Positions 1 to 9,523 of a DNA stretch of 64,000 nucleotides are shown one piece after another. Every line of letters begins with the position of its first letter. Positions within the stretch are counted from its first letter, which is position 1. The DNA is from an uncultured archaeon (GTDB lineage Archaea > Thermoproteota > Bathyarchaeia > Bathyarchaeales > Bathycorpusculaceae): NCBI GenBank assembly GCA_963810275.1, contig CAWENF010000002.1:128001-192000 (forward strand), read 5' to 3'. The position numbers and the translations under genes were made by a program. Under the pieces are notes generated by a model that saw only the letters and a program-made list of their open reading frames with translations, did no database searches and was not told where the DNA came from.

Positions 1-584
1 TTGAGATAGCACAAGAGATGCTAAACGCAATTGATAACGGTGTTCTACGTTCAAATAAGATAATTAACGATTTGTTGGATTATTCAAGAGATGTTCATTT
101 AGAGGTACAGGGCTGTACACCTAAACAGTTGGTGTCTGATACTTTATCAATGCTGCAAGTTCCAGAGAGAGTAAAGATAGCGAACAATGCGCTGGAAATG
201 CCAAATATGTGTGTTGATACATTGAAGATTCAAAGAGTATTTTCAAACATAATTAAAAATGCAATTGACGCTATGCCAGAGGGCGGGACAGTTACCATAA
301 ACAGTCGGAAGAATGATGACGTTGTGGAGGTTTCATTCACGGACATGGGATGCGGGATCTCGGAGGAGATGTTGCCCAAATTATTTACTCCTTTAGTCAC
401 TACTAAGGCTCAGGGCATGGGATTTGGCTTAGCTATATGCAAACGTATAGTTGAAGCCCACAATGGATCTATAACTGTTAAAACAAGCAAGGGCAACGGC
501 ACAACGTTCACCGTTGCTTTGCCTTTCGGAATGAGAAATGGTGTTGAACTGTATGAAACTTGGATAACTTCAAAATCCACATAA
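1..584 (+). CDS. Sensor histidine kinase, C-terminal HATPase_c domain (5'-truncated by window edge)
   Basis: N box (VFSNIIKNAIDAM), G1 (DMGCGI), F box (KLFTPLVTTK), G2 (GMGFGL); frame is open back to the window start. Confidence 0.93.
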   Translation, partial: EIAQEMLNAIDNGVLRSNKIINDLLDYSRDVHLEVQGCTPKQLVSDTLSMLQVPERVKIANNALEMPNMCVDTLKIQRVFSNIIKNAIDAMPEGGTVTINSRKNDDVVEVSFTDMGCGISEEMLPKLFTPLVTTKAQGMGFGLAICKRIVEAHNGSITVKTSKGNGTTFTVALPFGMRNGVELYETWITSKST

Positions 585-824
585 TCGAGGTTTGCCAGCT
601 CAATATTAGTAACTAGTTAAGAGGCAACGATCAAGGGGGGCTGGGAAAACAGCTTTTTTAACTGTTTTCTTGGTGGAGACCCTGCTGTGAGGGATGTAGA
701 AAAGTGTAGCTCCTTTGGAGTGCTCTCGAAGACTCTACAATAATTTTCAAAATCTGGGAAAAAAGAAAAGACTAAGCTATGGCTAAGTATAAATATTTAT
801 AACAATAACTAGTCAAAGACAAAA

Positions 825-1328
825 ATGGCTCTTTTAAGAAGTAAAGAATTCTGGGCTGCAACAGCAATTATCATAGTTACTATTCTTCTAATTATTGCCG
901 ATAATGTTCGTTTGATTCATTTTGGATTTTTTGTCGGTCCTTTCCGCGTCAATCACTGGTTTGTATGGATTGGAACCTTGTACATCGCAGTATCTGTGCC
1001 AATAATAGCTTACCTTAAAAGGCACAGACCAAAAAAGTACTTGACTCTATTTAGAGTTCACGTTTTTGGCAACTTATTGGCTTTTCTTCTTGTCTCCCTT
1101 CACTTTGCAGGGCAAATAAGCAGACCAGCAACAGCCTATCCCGAATTAGGAACCGGACTAGCATTGTACATTATCATGATTTTGCTTGTTGCAACAGGTT
1201 TTACGCATAGATTTCAGCTGCTTCCTCAGATAAAATCTACAACAAGAAGGTTCATTCACATAGCACTGAGTTTTTCGTTTTACATAATTATAGGCATTCA
1301 TATTTTGCATGGATTAGGATTACTATAA
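825..1328 (+). CDS. Integral membrane protein, possible heme-b binding (cytochrome b / ferric reductase-like TM domain)
   Basis: About 5 hydrophobic helices with spaced His pairs (RVHVFG...SLHF; FIHIAL...GIHILH). Confidence 0.55.
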   Translation: MALLRSKEFWAATAIIIVTILLIIADNVRLIHFGFFVGPFRVNHWFVWIGTLYIAVSVPIIAYLKRHRPKKYLTLFRVHVFGNLLAFLLVSLHFAGQISRPATAYPELGTGLALYIIMILLVATGFTHRFQLLPQIKSTTRRFIHIALSFSFYIIIGIHILHGLGLL

Positions 1329-1473
1329 GATCAAAAATAGTGTGTGTGCTTGAATTTTGTACTGTGTGTACTGGTTTCTGATGTTATAAGTCACGATAAA
1401 GAATTTTGGAATTTATTCTTAAAAAATAGTTTTCAATAAAAGGGGTTTAGTTGCGGAATATGGGTTGGTTTGT

Positions 1474-1764
1474 TTATCGCCATGCCCAGCATGGGCCATA
1501 TCCATATCCGTAGCCGCCTTGGTATGGTGCGGGAGCTGTTGCGTTAACTCCGGCTGGGGGCGCTACGTATTGTTCTTGTGCAGTGTTGTAGCCAAAGCAG
1601 TTTCCGATCCAGCCCCAGACGCCGTTGTTTTGGGCTTGTGTGTTTGGGGTGGTGTTTGTGTAGTATTGGTTTTGGGCTACTTGTGCTGCTGTTGCGACTC
1701 CAACCACAGTTAGTGCTAATGCCGCTATGGCGACTATTGCGATTATGATTTTTGTGGTTGTCAT
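1474..1764 (-). CDS. Small secreted or membrane-anchored Gly/Tyr-rich protein
   Basis: N-terminal hydrophobic signal, Q/N/T-rich middle, C-terminal GGYGYGYGPCW; AGGT/GGTGA-like RBS upstream. Confidence 0.7.
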   Translation of the reverse strand: MTTTKIIIAIVAIAALALTVVGVATAAQVAQNQYYTNTTPNTQAQNNGVWGWIGNCFGYNTAQEQYVAPPAGVNATAPAPYQGGYGYGYGPCWAWR

Positions 1765-1948
1765 TCTTTTATCACCATATTATAATATGGTAATGGTTTC
1801 TTATAGGTGTTTAGGTCAAAAACCAAAAATACACCATCAAAAGTCCATAAAACAAAGGAAATTCGATGATCAGCCGCACACTGCAATTAAGATAATAAGT
1901 TAACTTATTGGAAGCAAACTTAAATTTCATAACACACTAGATTTTTCT

Positions 1949-2674
1949 GTGAAACAAAACCAAGTAATTACTCTATTTACTGCTGCAACCTCAATTGCTC
2001 TACTACTCATAGTCGGAACTTACCTGTTACTGAATTCAACCACTACCCAAATGATGGATATGACATCAACCACCACCGACAACAGCGCCATCGCTCTTAT
2101 TCTAATTTCTGCGGCAATCATCATTTCAATAGCTCTGGTTTTGTATTTCTCATTCTCTAAAAAAAAGAAATCTCCCATACCTGAAAAAGACGAAGGGGAC
2201 ATCAGTTGCCCTGCAAAGACACAACCAATTGAGGAAAAATCCGCTCCAACAGAAGTGAGACCTTTTGATGTCTTTTTGTGCTACAAGAAGAGTTCGGGAA
2301 AAGATTTTGCCGATCATTTAAAGGTCGGTTTAGAAGAAGTTGGGTTTCACACATTCCAAGATTGCAAAGATATACCTCGAACGGTTGATACTCAAGAAGG
2401 CTGGGCTAATTTCCGTGATAAAGCATTAGAACAAAGCAAATATTTTGTCCTCATAATGACACCCGGATTCAACTTGTCCTCTGAAGTCGTTAAAGAAATT
2501 GGACTAGCTAGAAAGCAACCCAGTAAGAAATTCATATTTTTTAGGCTTCGCGGGATGAAAAGAAATATTACAATAGATTTAGGGACTGAAATTTTAGATA
2601 TCGGAAAGTTGGAGCAGGTGTCTTTTGAGTCCAAAGAGGAATTACTAAGACTTGCCTTAAATATTCTATCTTGA
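1949..2674 (+). CDS. Membrane-anchored TIR-domain protein
   Basis: Two N-terminal TM helices, then TIR box1 FDVFLCY...DFADHL, FHTFQD, SKYFVLIMTPGF and Glu-containing helix VVKEIGLA. Confidence 0.85.
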   Translation: MKQNQVITLFTAATSIALLLIVGTYLLLNSTTTQMMDMTSTTTDNSAIALILISAAIIISIALVLYFSFSKKKKSPIPEKDEGDISCPAKTQPIEEKSAPTEVRPFDVFLCYKKSSGKDFADHLKVGLEEVGFHTFQDCKDIPRTVDTQEGWANFRDKALEQSKYFVLIMTPGFNLSSEVVKEIGLARKQPSKKFIFFRLRGMKRNITIDLGTEILDIGKLEQVSFESKEELLRLALNILS

Positions 2675-2704
2675 TCTGGCTTGCTTTGAGTTTGCTTAAT
2701 TTAA

Positions 2705-4159
2705 TTATTCTCTTGGAATCACTGCTAAGAATGGTTCAGGCGCCATGTCCGCGGTGGCATAAACCGCAAGTGCTATGCTCCAGAAAACGTCGTCATGGGT
2801 ACCCGTCGGATGATAAAAGCCCACGTTGCCGTCTCTTCGCAGTTCATAGCGTTCAACGTTTAGTTCATTGCAGATTTCGCCATGGTAAGGTCGCTCCCAA
2901 GTCAGCAATGGATAGAAGAATTGTTTTGAGAGCATGCGCTGCTTTAGCAACCCAGCCATTTCGCTTTTTCTGGGTACACTAAAGTTTACGCCCTCAGCGT
3001 TATCTATGTCAGCGGCTTGCATGTCAGCGATGAAGCTTGGACCTTCTCTTGTGAAGTCTACCCGTATTCGTTCAAAGCCGCCCCATCGGTCCTGTAGCGC
3101 TTTTATGTAGCCTAAAACGTTGGCGTAGACGGTGGGTTGCTGGAATATTTTGATGTGTCTCAGAAGCAGACGGTCATTTAGGCGTTCTATTACTGAGAAA
3201 ACAGTGTAATCTCGGGTTTGGGCTAGATCCAATCCAGCGAAGAATTCGCCTTCTTTTTCAGTTTCGGAGTCGTATATGCGTAGTTGTTGGGTGCAGTTGG
3301 CAGCTGTGCCGATGCAGGAAGCGATTAGGCTTTGGGGTAGCCAGACATCGTCGTCTTCAGCCCAGTCCGCCTCCATTTCTCTTCGCCATCGTGAGAGGTC
3401 GTCGCCCATCTGGGTTTTGATTCGCTGGATTATGTTTGGTTTGAGTGGGCCGGCTGGACTTAGAGCTTTATGTACTGGTACATGGCTGGTTTTGAAGTCG
3501 GCGTAGTCTTTGTGGTTGAAGATCTTGAAAAATACGCTGTCTGTGTGCCATGGGGTGCTGCTGCAGACGAATTTGCCGTCTGTAGTGCCCAGCGTATAGA
3601 GGATGGCGTCATAGAGTTCTTGGTCGTTTGCTACGAAGTTAAACTCGTCCGCATAGACCACGTGCAATGTAGGGCCTCGGATTGTGTCGGGGTTGTTTGG
3701 GTAGGCTTCAATACTGCTGCCGTTTGTGAATAGTATTTGGGTTCGTTGTGGTTTTAGGGCGTTGTTTGGTGGGAGTTTGTGTGTTAAGGTGGCTATTTGG
3801 CTTAGGATGCGTTTTGTTTGTCGCCATGATGGTCCCACTATGCCTATGGCGCTGTTTGGGTGTGTTGTAGCGTACCATAGTAGCAGTGCGCTTATGATGT
3901 AGGTTTTTCCGCTTTGCCGGCACCATCTGGCTGCGGTGAACTGGTTGTTTTGGAAAAGGTTTGCGAATTCTTTTTGGTAGCTGTATGGTTCGAAACCCAT
4001 GATTTCTTTAAAAAAGTCGTTTGGGTTTGTGGAGAGCTCTTTTGTTCGTTGATTAATCTTTTGCTTAAGGTTATTGTCAGATTGCTGGAGGTTACGCCAC
4101 CGTTCCAGAAGGTGGTTGGGGCGCATCGTTCTTGCTTCCTTCTTTAAGTAGTTTGGCAT
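2705..4159 (-). CDS. terL: Phage terminase large subunit (ATPase + RNase H-like nuclease); start may be 4126
   Basis: Q-motif PYSYQ, Walker A RQSGKT, IRG, Walker B VVYADE, coupling motif SSTP, nuclease GLDLAQTRDYT and HDDVFWSIALA. Confidence 0.95.
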   Translation of the reverse strand: MPNYLKKEARTMRPNHLLERWRNLQQSDNNLKQKINQRTKELSTNPNDFFKEIMGFEPYSYQKEFANLFQNNQFTAARWCRQSGKTYIISALLLWYATTHPNSAIGIVGPSWRQTKRILSQIATLTHKLPPNNALKPQRTQILFTNGSSIEAYPNNPDTIRGPTLHVVYADEFNFVANDQELYDAILYTLGTTDGKFVCSSTPWHTDSVFFKIFNHKDYADFKTSHVPVHKALSPAGPLKPNIIQRIKTQMGDDLSRWRREMEADWAEDDDVWLPQSLIASCIGTAANCTQQLRIYDSETEKEGEFFAGLDLAQTRDYTVFSVIERLNDRLLLRHIKIFQQPTVYANVLGYIKALQDRWGGFERIRVDFTREGPSFIADMQAADIDNAEGVNFSVPRKSEMAGLLKQRMLSKQFFYPLLTWERPYHGEICNELNVERYELRRDGNVGFYHPTGTHDDVFWSIALAVYATADMAPEPFLAVIPRE

Positions 4160-4547
4160 TTTGCTCCTCCATGTCCTTTAATTTGGCTTCGATTGCGCAA
4201 TAATTAACAAAATCGGCTAAGTGATCTTTGTAAGTTTTAGCAATGTTTGCTATAACTTGGAGTCGCTGAACTTCGAGTTTGTCTAGACCTGGTTTAGTGG
4301 CGCTTTTGAGTGCTCCGGCAAGCATTCGCAAAGTTTCTTCGGGACTGGGAATGTCGTTGGGTAGGGAGATTGTTGTGTCAATGTAGCCTTTGGTTTGGAC
4401 TTTTAAGCCTAGGCGTTGGCATTTTAGTATTATTGCGCCGGGGGTTTTTTGGGTTATTTCGGCGATTTGTTGAAGGTTTTTGTTTGCTTCTACTAGGTTT
4501 TTTAGTTCTGTTTCTTGTTGAGGTGACCACTGTTTGCCTTTTGTCAT
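4092..4547 (-). CDS. Probable terminase small subunit (N-terminal HTH + oligomerisation helices)
   Basis: Overlaps the terL start; N-terminal WSPQQETELK...QIAEITQKTPGAI HTH followed by coiled-coil helices. Confidence 0.65.
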   Translation of the reverse strand: MTKGKQWSPQQETELKNLVEANKNLQQIAEITQKTPGAIILKCQRLGLKVQTKGYIDTTISLPNDIPSPEETLRMLAGALKSATKPGLDKLEVQRLQVIANIAKTYKDHLADFVNYCAIEAKLKDMEEQNAKLLKEGSKNDAPQPPSGTVA

Positions 4548-4634
4548 ATGTGTATTGGCTGTAGCTACGTTTATATAACAATTAATGTTAATATTTGACT
4601 GTATCTAAACATTTATTGTTAGTGGAGTTAGGAT

Positions 4635-5057
4635 ATGCTTGGCAATTCAATGAGAAAATATGTTATGAGTGAGAAGAAGAACGGTTACAGTAAAGCCGTG
4701 CAAGCCGTCTACAATAACCGAATCAAAAACTATGCAAAACAAGCAATCCAAGACTTAGCGTTACTAGCAGAAAAATTACCTGAAGACCAACAAGCCGACA
4801 TCTTTAATTGTGAAAACATGAAGCCGTTATTCAAAGCCATCCTAAAACCCGGCATAGAAGAAATCACCCAACTGACCCAAAACAAAGAATCGGCAAAAAA
4901 GAAAACAAACCGCTTGCGCCCTCTCACCTACCAGATAATAACCCTACTAAACAACTCTGAATTATCACGGTTAATTGCACCCATAGGAACAAGATACATG
5001 GTCAGAGAAGGCGGACAGTTAGCGCACTTAAAAGCAATCTATTACCGCAGCCTATGA
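4635..5057 (+). CDS. Hypothetical protein, divergent from the terminase pair
   Basis: 140-aa ORF with helical composition and a GGAG RBS; no recognisable motif. Confidence 0.55.
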   Translation: MLGNSMRKYVMSEKKNGYSKAVQAVYNNRIKNYAKQAIQDLALLAEKLPEDQQADIFNCENMKPLFKAILKPGIEEITQLTQNKESAKKKTNRLRPLTYQIITLLNNSELSRLIAPIGTRYMVREGGQLAHLKAIYYRSL

Positions 5058-5528
5058 CGGCCAAGACAATGAAGAATAACGCAATAGACGCTTCTTCGCT
5101 TAATCTTAAACAATCAAATTCCGAGTAGGCTGTTATTGCTTTCTTTTTTAATATTCAAACATTTACCTGATTTGTAGAGTTACAACCATTGATACCATAA
5201 TGCGACTAAAGACAAGGAAGTGGTTGGTATACCCATATGGAAAAGCTGTTTTGAACTCTCACTATTTGCAAGGAGGGTTTATGTTTTAAACGTAAGGCTT
5301 TTAGATAGCAAGAAAGTTGAAACCGAGGAAAAAATGTTTGACCATACATATGATCAAGACGAATATTTGAAATGCTGGAAAAAGATTAATTCACGAGAGA
5401 CTGAAAATGTATCGCCGATAAAAGCCATGTCTGTCGTTTCAGCCGACCACCAGATTTATTGTCAGCCCAAAACTACGGGCTTAAGTGGGGGACGCATATC
5501 AGCCGGTCTCTGTTCAGAAAAGAAATCT

Positions 5529-6377
5529 CTAATATCGGCTATCAGTAGATTCAGGCTTGCTTAAAATGTCAATAATGTATTTTGAAACTGATTTCACAAC
5601 CTTTTCATCAATCGAAACAATACCCGCTTCTTTCGTGAAACCGCCTGAAGAAGCACTATAGAGATTCATTGAAGAAACAATTGCAACTACATTATCAATA
5701 ACAATAATCTTTGCATGTATCTGATTGTCATAATGAATTAGCATTCCAGCTTTCTTTAGACTTGCCTGGCACTCTCTTTTGGTAGTATCATCATGATTAT
5801 CCTTAGGACGACGTGCAACAACCTTAACACTGATTTTTCTTAAAACAGCGTTTTCAAGATTTTTTGTAAGGTGACAGCTGTCAATGAAGGGATTAGTCAC
5901 TAAAATTTGATGTTGAGCCTTTCCTATCAACACCCTTGCTAATTCATCTAAATATTCGCCTTCAAGAAAGAAATGTTTTGACTCTATTGGAAAGTCAAGA
6001 TTCCGCATTTCGCGCCATTGAATTATCCATTGAATCAAACCAGCCTCTTTACTTACAGAAGATATAGGGAGGTCTTGTTTTGTTTCCATTACTAATTGAT
6101 GTGATTTTTGCGCTTGCCCTAAATCAGGCGAAATATTAGTTGTAATGTATTTTGTCCATTCTTGCCTAATTACCTCATCAACTAAAAAATAATTCTTACC
6201 TTCATACCTAATTACGTTCGCTTGACGAAGTGGAGCTAGGGCTCGTAGCAAGGCTTTTGGCGAGAATTCAGTTTCTTCCATTAATTTGTTAAAACTAACT
6301 GGTTCTTTTCCATGCAAAACGAGTGACTTAATTACTTTCCCTTGCCAAGTTCCAAAATACTTAGGATTTTGTGACAA
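5529..6377 (-). CDS. Winged-helix + phospholipase D-like (single HKD) nuclease domain protein
   Basis: N-terminal wHTH (SFNKLMEETEFSPKALLRALAPL), C-terminal PLD_2 with HAKIIVID...SSMN and EAG. Confidence 0.8.
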   Translation of the reverse strand: MSQNPKYFGTWQGKVIKSLVLHGKEPVSFNKLMEETEFSPKALLRALAPLRQANVIRYEGKNYFLVDEVIRQEWTKYITTNISPDLGQAQKSHQLVMETKQDLPISSVSKEAGLIQWIIQWREMRNLDFPIESKHFFLEGEYLDELARVLIGKAQHQILVTNPFIDSCHLTKNLENAVLRKISVKVVARRPKDNHDDTTKRECQASLKKAGMLIHYDNQIHAKIIVIDNVVAIVSSMNLYSASSGGFTKEAGIVSIDEKVVKSVSKYIIDILSKPESTDSRY

Positions 6378-6677
6378 TAAATCTCACTTTTGATAAATAG
6401 ATTTTAAGCAATGAATTTAAGACTTGTTAATCTGCGCTAATACTTAACAATTCAAAGACTGTATGCTTACGTATTTTATAACATTTTTAGTAGTATCTTA
6501 AGTATTAATAAATTCCCTACAGTTAATCGTTTAGAACGTCAAAAACTCTCACCCTCTTAAGAAAGGCGTTTAAAACCGCTTTTCCCTTTATGTGGAAAAG
6601 GGTTTGCTTCAACAAACCTTTTCGGATTCAGGTGGGTCACATGCAGGCAAATCATTTTTGATGGATGCTTACCGTAA

Positions 6678-7424
6678 TCAAGGCTCTTTAATCTCTACAG
6701 AAGAATTCTCATCAAATGGATTAATTCTTAAGGCTAAAGAGAATAAATACGGATAATCTCTTTTTAGGTCTCTCATATAATCTAACCACTGCAAGATAAG
6801 AAGATTATAGACTCTTTTTATGTCATCGGACAAGTGTTTGTAGTCAGACTCGGGCAATGATGAGAAATCATGTCTATTATCTAGTTCATCAGTCAAATGT
6901 AAGATGGCCAAAAGCAAATTTGTAAAAGACTCATGTTCAACTAAATGTGGGTTCTCCAATAATATTAAAAAGAAATGTCTTTTGCTTTTTAAAAAAGTTC
7001 TAACTTCGCCAAGGTCATATCTTTTACTATCTATGATTCCACTAAAATGTAGATTTTGCTTTAAAATTAAAAAATCTTTATTGGACCATTCCCTTTTTAC
7101 CATAAAGTTCTTTCTGAATTCGTTCACATTAGAATCGAATTTTAAGCATATATTCAACAAGTCGGTTCCCACTTCGCTAAAAAAAGTATCAATTACTATG
7201 TTAAGTTTCTTCAGAACGGATTGTTTCTCCCTGTATACAAGCAAGCGGTTTAAAACCAGCGTCACAATCATGACATCTATGAAAAGAAAGGCTATATCAC
7301 CTATCAAATAGATGAAAATATGGTGCAGATCGCGAAACACTATGTAATGAAATACATAAAAGAACACGGAAAGAGTCACTAAAATTAGCGCAAGAATTAT
7401 TTGCCAATTATGAGCTCTTTTCAT
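6678..7424 (-). CDS. Conserved membrane-anchored hypothetical protein
   Basis: Two N-terminal TM helices; motifs FFSEVG, LLENPHL.EHESFT, HL.DEL, YPYLFSLALR.NPF typical of an anaerobe-conserved uncharacterised family. Confidence 0.75.
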   Translation of the reverse strand: MKRAHNWQIILALILVTLSVFFYVFHYIVFRDLHHIFIYLIGDIAFLFIDVMIVTLVLNRLLVYREKQSVLKKLNIVIDTFFSEVGTDLLNICLKFDSNVNEFRKNFMVKREWSNKDFLILKQNLHFSGIIDSKRYDLGEVRTFLKSKRHFFLILLENPHLVEHESFTNLLLAILHLTDELDNRHDFSSLPESDYKHLSDDIKRVYNLLILQWLDYMRDLKRDYPYLFSLALRINPFDENSSVEIKEP

Positions 7425-7614
7425 TTTCAGTCTCCAATATCCTTCTAAAGTTTAACTTATAAGTTTAGAGAATAAAGTCTTTAGTGTCTTTTAAATTGCA
7501 TGAAGTTAGAGGGTTATATCGAAACCTCAGGGGTCGTCTTTTTAAATCCTCTTTTTAATTCTGGCGGCAATATAAAATCGTCGCATAGTCACACATTCTT
7601 AATGTATTGAAGGA

Positions 7615-7818
7615 TTAATTGCCAGTTTTTTCATTTGTTACTTTCTTTATGTTTTCCCACATTTCTTCGTAGGTTCGGTCGCTAGTTGAATCAGGAAAAA
7701 GCTTCTTGTAAGCTAGATTGATGATGGCTGCCGTTGTCATAAGCTCAATAAATGACTCTATTGTTAGTCCTTCAGTTGCGTTAGCCAATACCTCAATGTA
7801 CTGCTCTTCTTCACTCAA
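7615..7818 (-). CDS. Hypothetical small protein
   Basis: 67-aa acidic ORF preceded by a GAGGT RBS. Confidence 0.45.
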   Translation of the reverse strand: MSEEEQYIEVLANATEGLTIESFIELMTTAAIINLAYKKLFPDSTSDRTYEEMWENIKKVTNEKTGN

Positions 7819-8088
7819 AGCTTGAACCTCTTACGCTTTCTTGTGGTTTTTACGCTTAAGTGCTTTGTGGGTAGCCCATGTGTGTCATCTATAAACTTTT
7901 TTCGTTCTTTGCCCTAAGAGACCCTAAATTATTTCTCAATGCGTATGTACAAAGGATGATGAATGTTTGGGTTAGCCTTTAGAACATCGGCATTTCTTTG
8001 GGTATGTGTTATTTCTTAGACATAGAGTTGAAGTCTTTGCTTTCGATATATTATTAAATGCATACGTTAATTATTCAATTGGTGAATT

Positions 8089-8379
8089 ATGTTGATTAGT
8101 TTTGAATTAATGATAGGTAAACAAGTTATTGGAAAAGGCGGCTTTATTATTGGAGAAGTTAAGGGTGCGGTTATTGATACCATTTCTTGGCAGGTACCCA
8201 CGCTACATGTAAAATTATCCGATAATGCTGCAACTGAACTTGGTTTCAAAAAGAGGTTTCGTAGTTCCGTTGTTTGCATACCAACAAAAATGGTTGAAGC
8301 CGTAGGTGATGTCGTAACAATTGCGCCTCCTCTAAAAGAACTCGCAGAAAGCGAAGAAGTAACTGAATGTAAAACATAA
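8089..8379 (+). CDS. PRC-barrel domain protein
   Basis: IGKQVIGKGGFIIGEVKGAVID...W.V..L.V and IP...VEAVGDVVTI match the PRC-barrel pattern. Confidence 0.85.
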   Translation: MLISFELMIGKQVIGKGGFIIGEVKGAVIDTISWQVPTLHVKLSDNAATELGFKKRFRSSVVCIPTKMVEAVGDVVTIAPPLKELAESEEVTECKT

Positions 8380-8473
8380 AGTTGCTTCTCTTTGATAATT
8401 CCCCTTCTTGATTATCAAATATTTTTTGTCTATAATTAAAGGAACAAAGTTTTTTTATAAATTGAAAGAGATT

Positions 8474-8771
8474 TTGACCCCCCCTAAATGCCGCGTTTAC
8501 GACTTTGGTGTTAATTATTTCTAAAGTTATGCTTTCCTTTGCAGCAATCATGGTGGATTTATTCTTTTTTAATAGCCATTGCTTTAATTGTTAGAAGCTC
8601 CGACGAGTACCTGTAAAAAAGACTCAGGATAACTCTGAGGAATTCGCTGGAGAAATCCGCGACTCCAAAGGTCCAGTAACTAAGTGGCTTTGGGTAGCTT
8701 ACATTGTTCTGATTATTTGGGCAGTTGCGTATTTGGCCCAGCATTGGAGCGAATTTGCGACCTTCCCATAA
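8474..8771 (+). pseudogene. Small 2-TM membrane protein gene broken by homopolymer indels (not in ORF track)
   Basis: 8601-8771 reads RRVPVKKTQDNSEEFAGEIRDSKGPVTKWLWVAYIVLIIWAVAYLAQHWSEFATFP*; the upstream hydrophobic segment joins if single indels in C7, T6 and A2 runs are corrected. Confidence 0.45.
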
Positions 8772-8944
8772 ACTCAGGGTTACTATAGAAGGCAACTTGG
8801 CAGTTCAACCGATTAAAGGATACCTTGAAATTATGCTTGGAAATGATAGTGAACCCTATAATAGTCTTTGTTACAGCTTAGTGTAACCCACATTTGTTTT
8901 TATCAAAAGAAGCGCTAACATGATAAACAAGGGATGCCCAAACA

Positions 8945-9042
8945 TGTTGAGCGGGTTTGGCTGTTAACAAAAAAGAAGGCCTGTTTGCCCTCTTGTTGAT
9001 TTTGCCTTTTCTTTGTTAACACATGGTCAAGTCCGCTGAACA
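8945..9042 (+). ncRNA. Candidate structured RNA: ~33-bp imperfect hairpin
   Basis: 8945-8980 pairs with 9004-9042, including four G-U pairs on the + strand; lies in an ORF-free interval. Confidence 0.35.
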
Positions 9043-9523
9043 ACAATTTTCAGGATCAATATTGATTTATCTCGGATTTAACGCTTAAAGAAAATAGAAC
9101 CCAAAATTTCCACCCGCCCTTCCCTTTATTTAAACTAAAAACTTCGAAGAAGAAGGGTTACCAAGGTGATTGTATAACATTTACTTTAATTTTCTATGTA
9201 TAGAAGTTTTTGGGCAAACCTGGCAAAATTTTTGTTCACTTAGTTAAGATTTTTCTATTTCGTCTAAGAATCAATAAAGTTGCAATAACTATTGCTATGA
9301 CCGCAAATAGCAGAAATACAATTATGGCTTTGTTTTTAATTTGGGTTTTGTGATGTGTCATCAATTTGAAAAGGAACTTTATCGCCTACTTGAAATTCGG
9401 TGGTAGTAGCATACAATTTACGCCATAAAGTTGGCCAAGAGCAATAGAGACTTCTGCATATAGGTTTAGCGTATCCAGGCCATCTGTTACTTTTTAAGCG
9501 CAATGCTTTTGATTATCTGAAGC

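Noticed and set aside
1465-1713. Cys-rich 82-aa ORF suggesting a metal-binding peptide or RiPP
   Set aside because: Antisense shadow of 1474-1764; Cys/Val richness results from the A/C-rich codons of the real gene
5220-5564. 114-aa ORF convergent with the PLD gene
   Set aside because: No motif, overlaps the PLD gene end; cannot be supported
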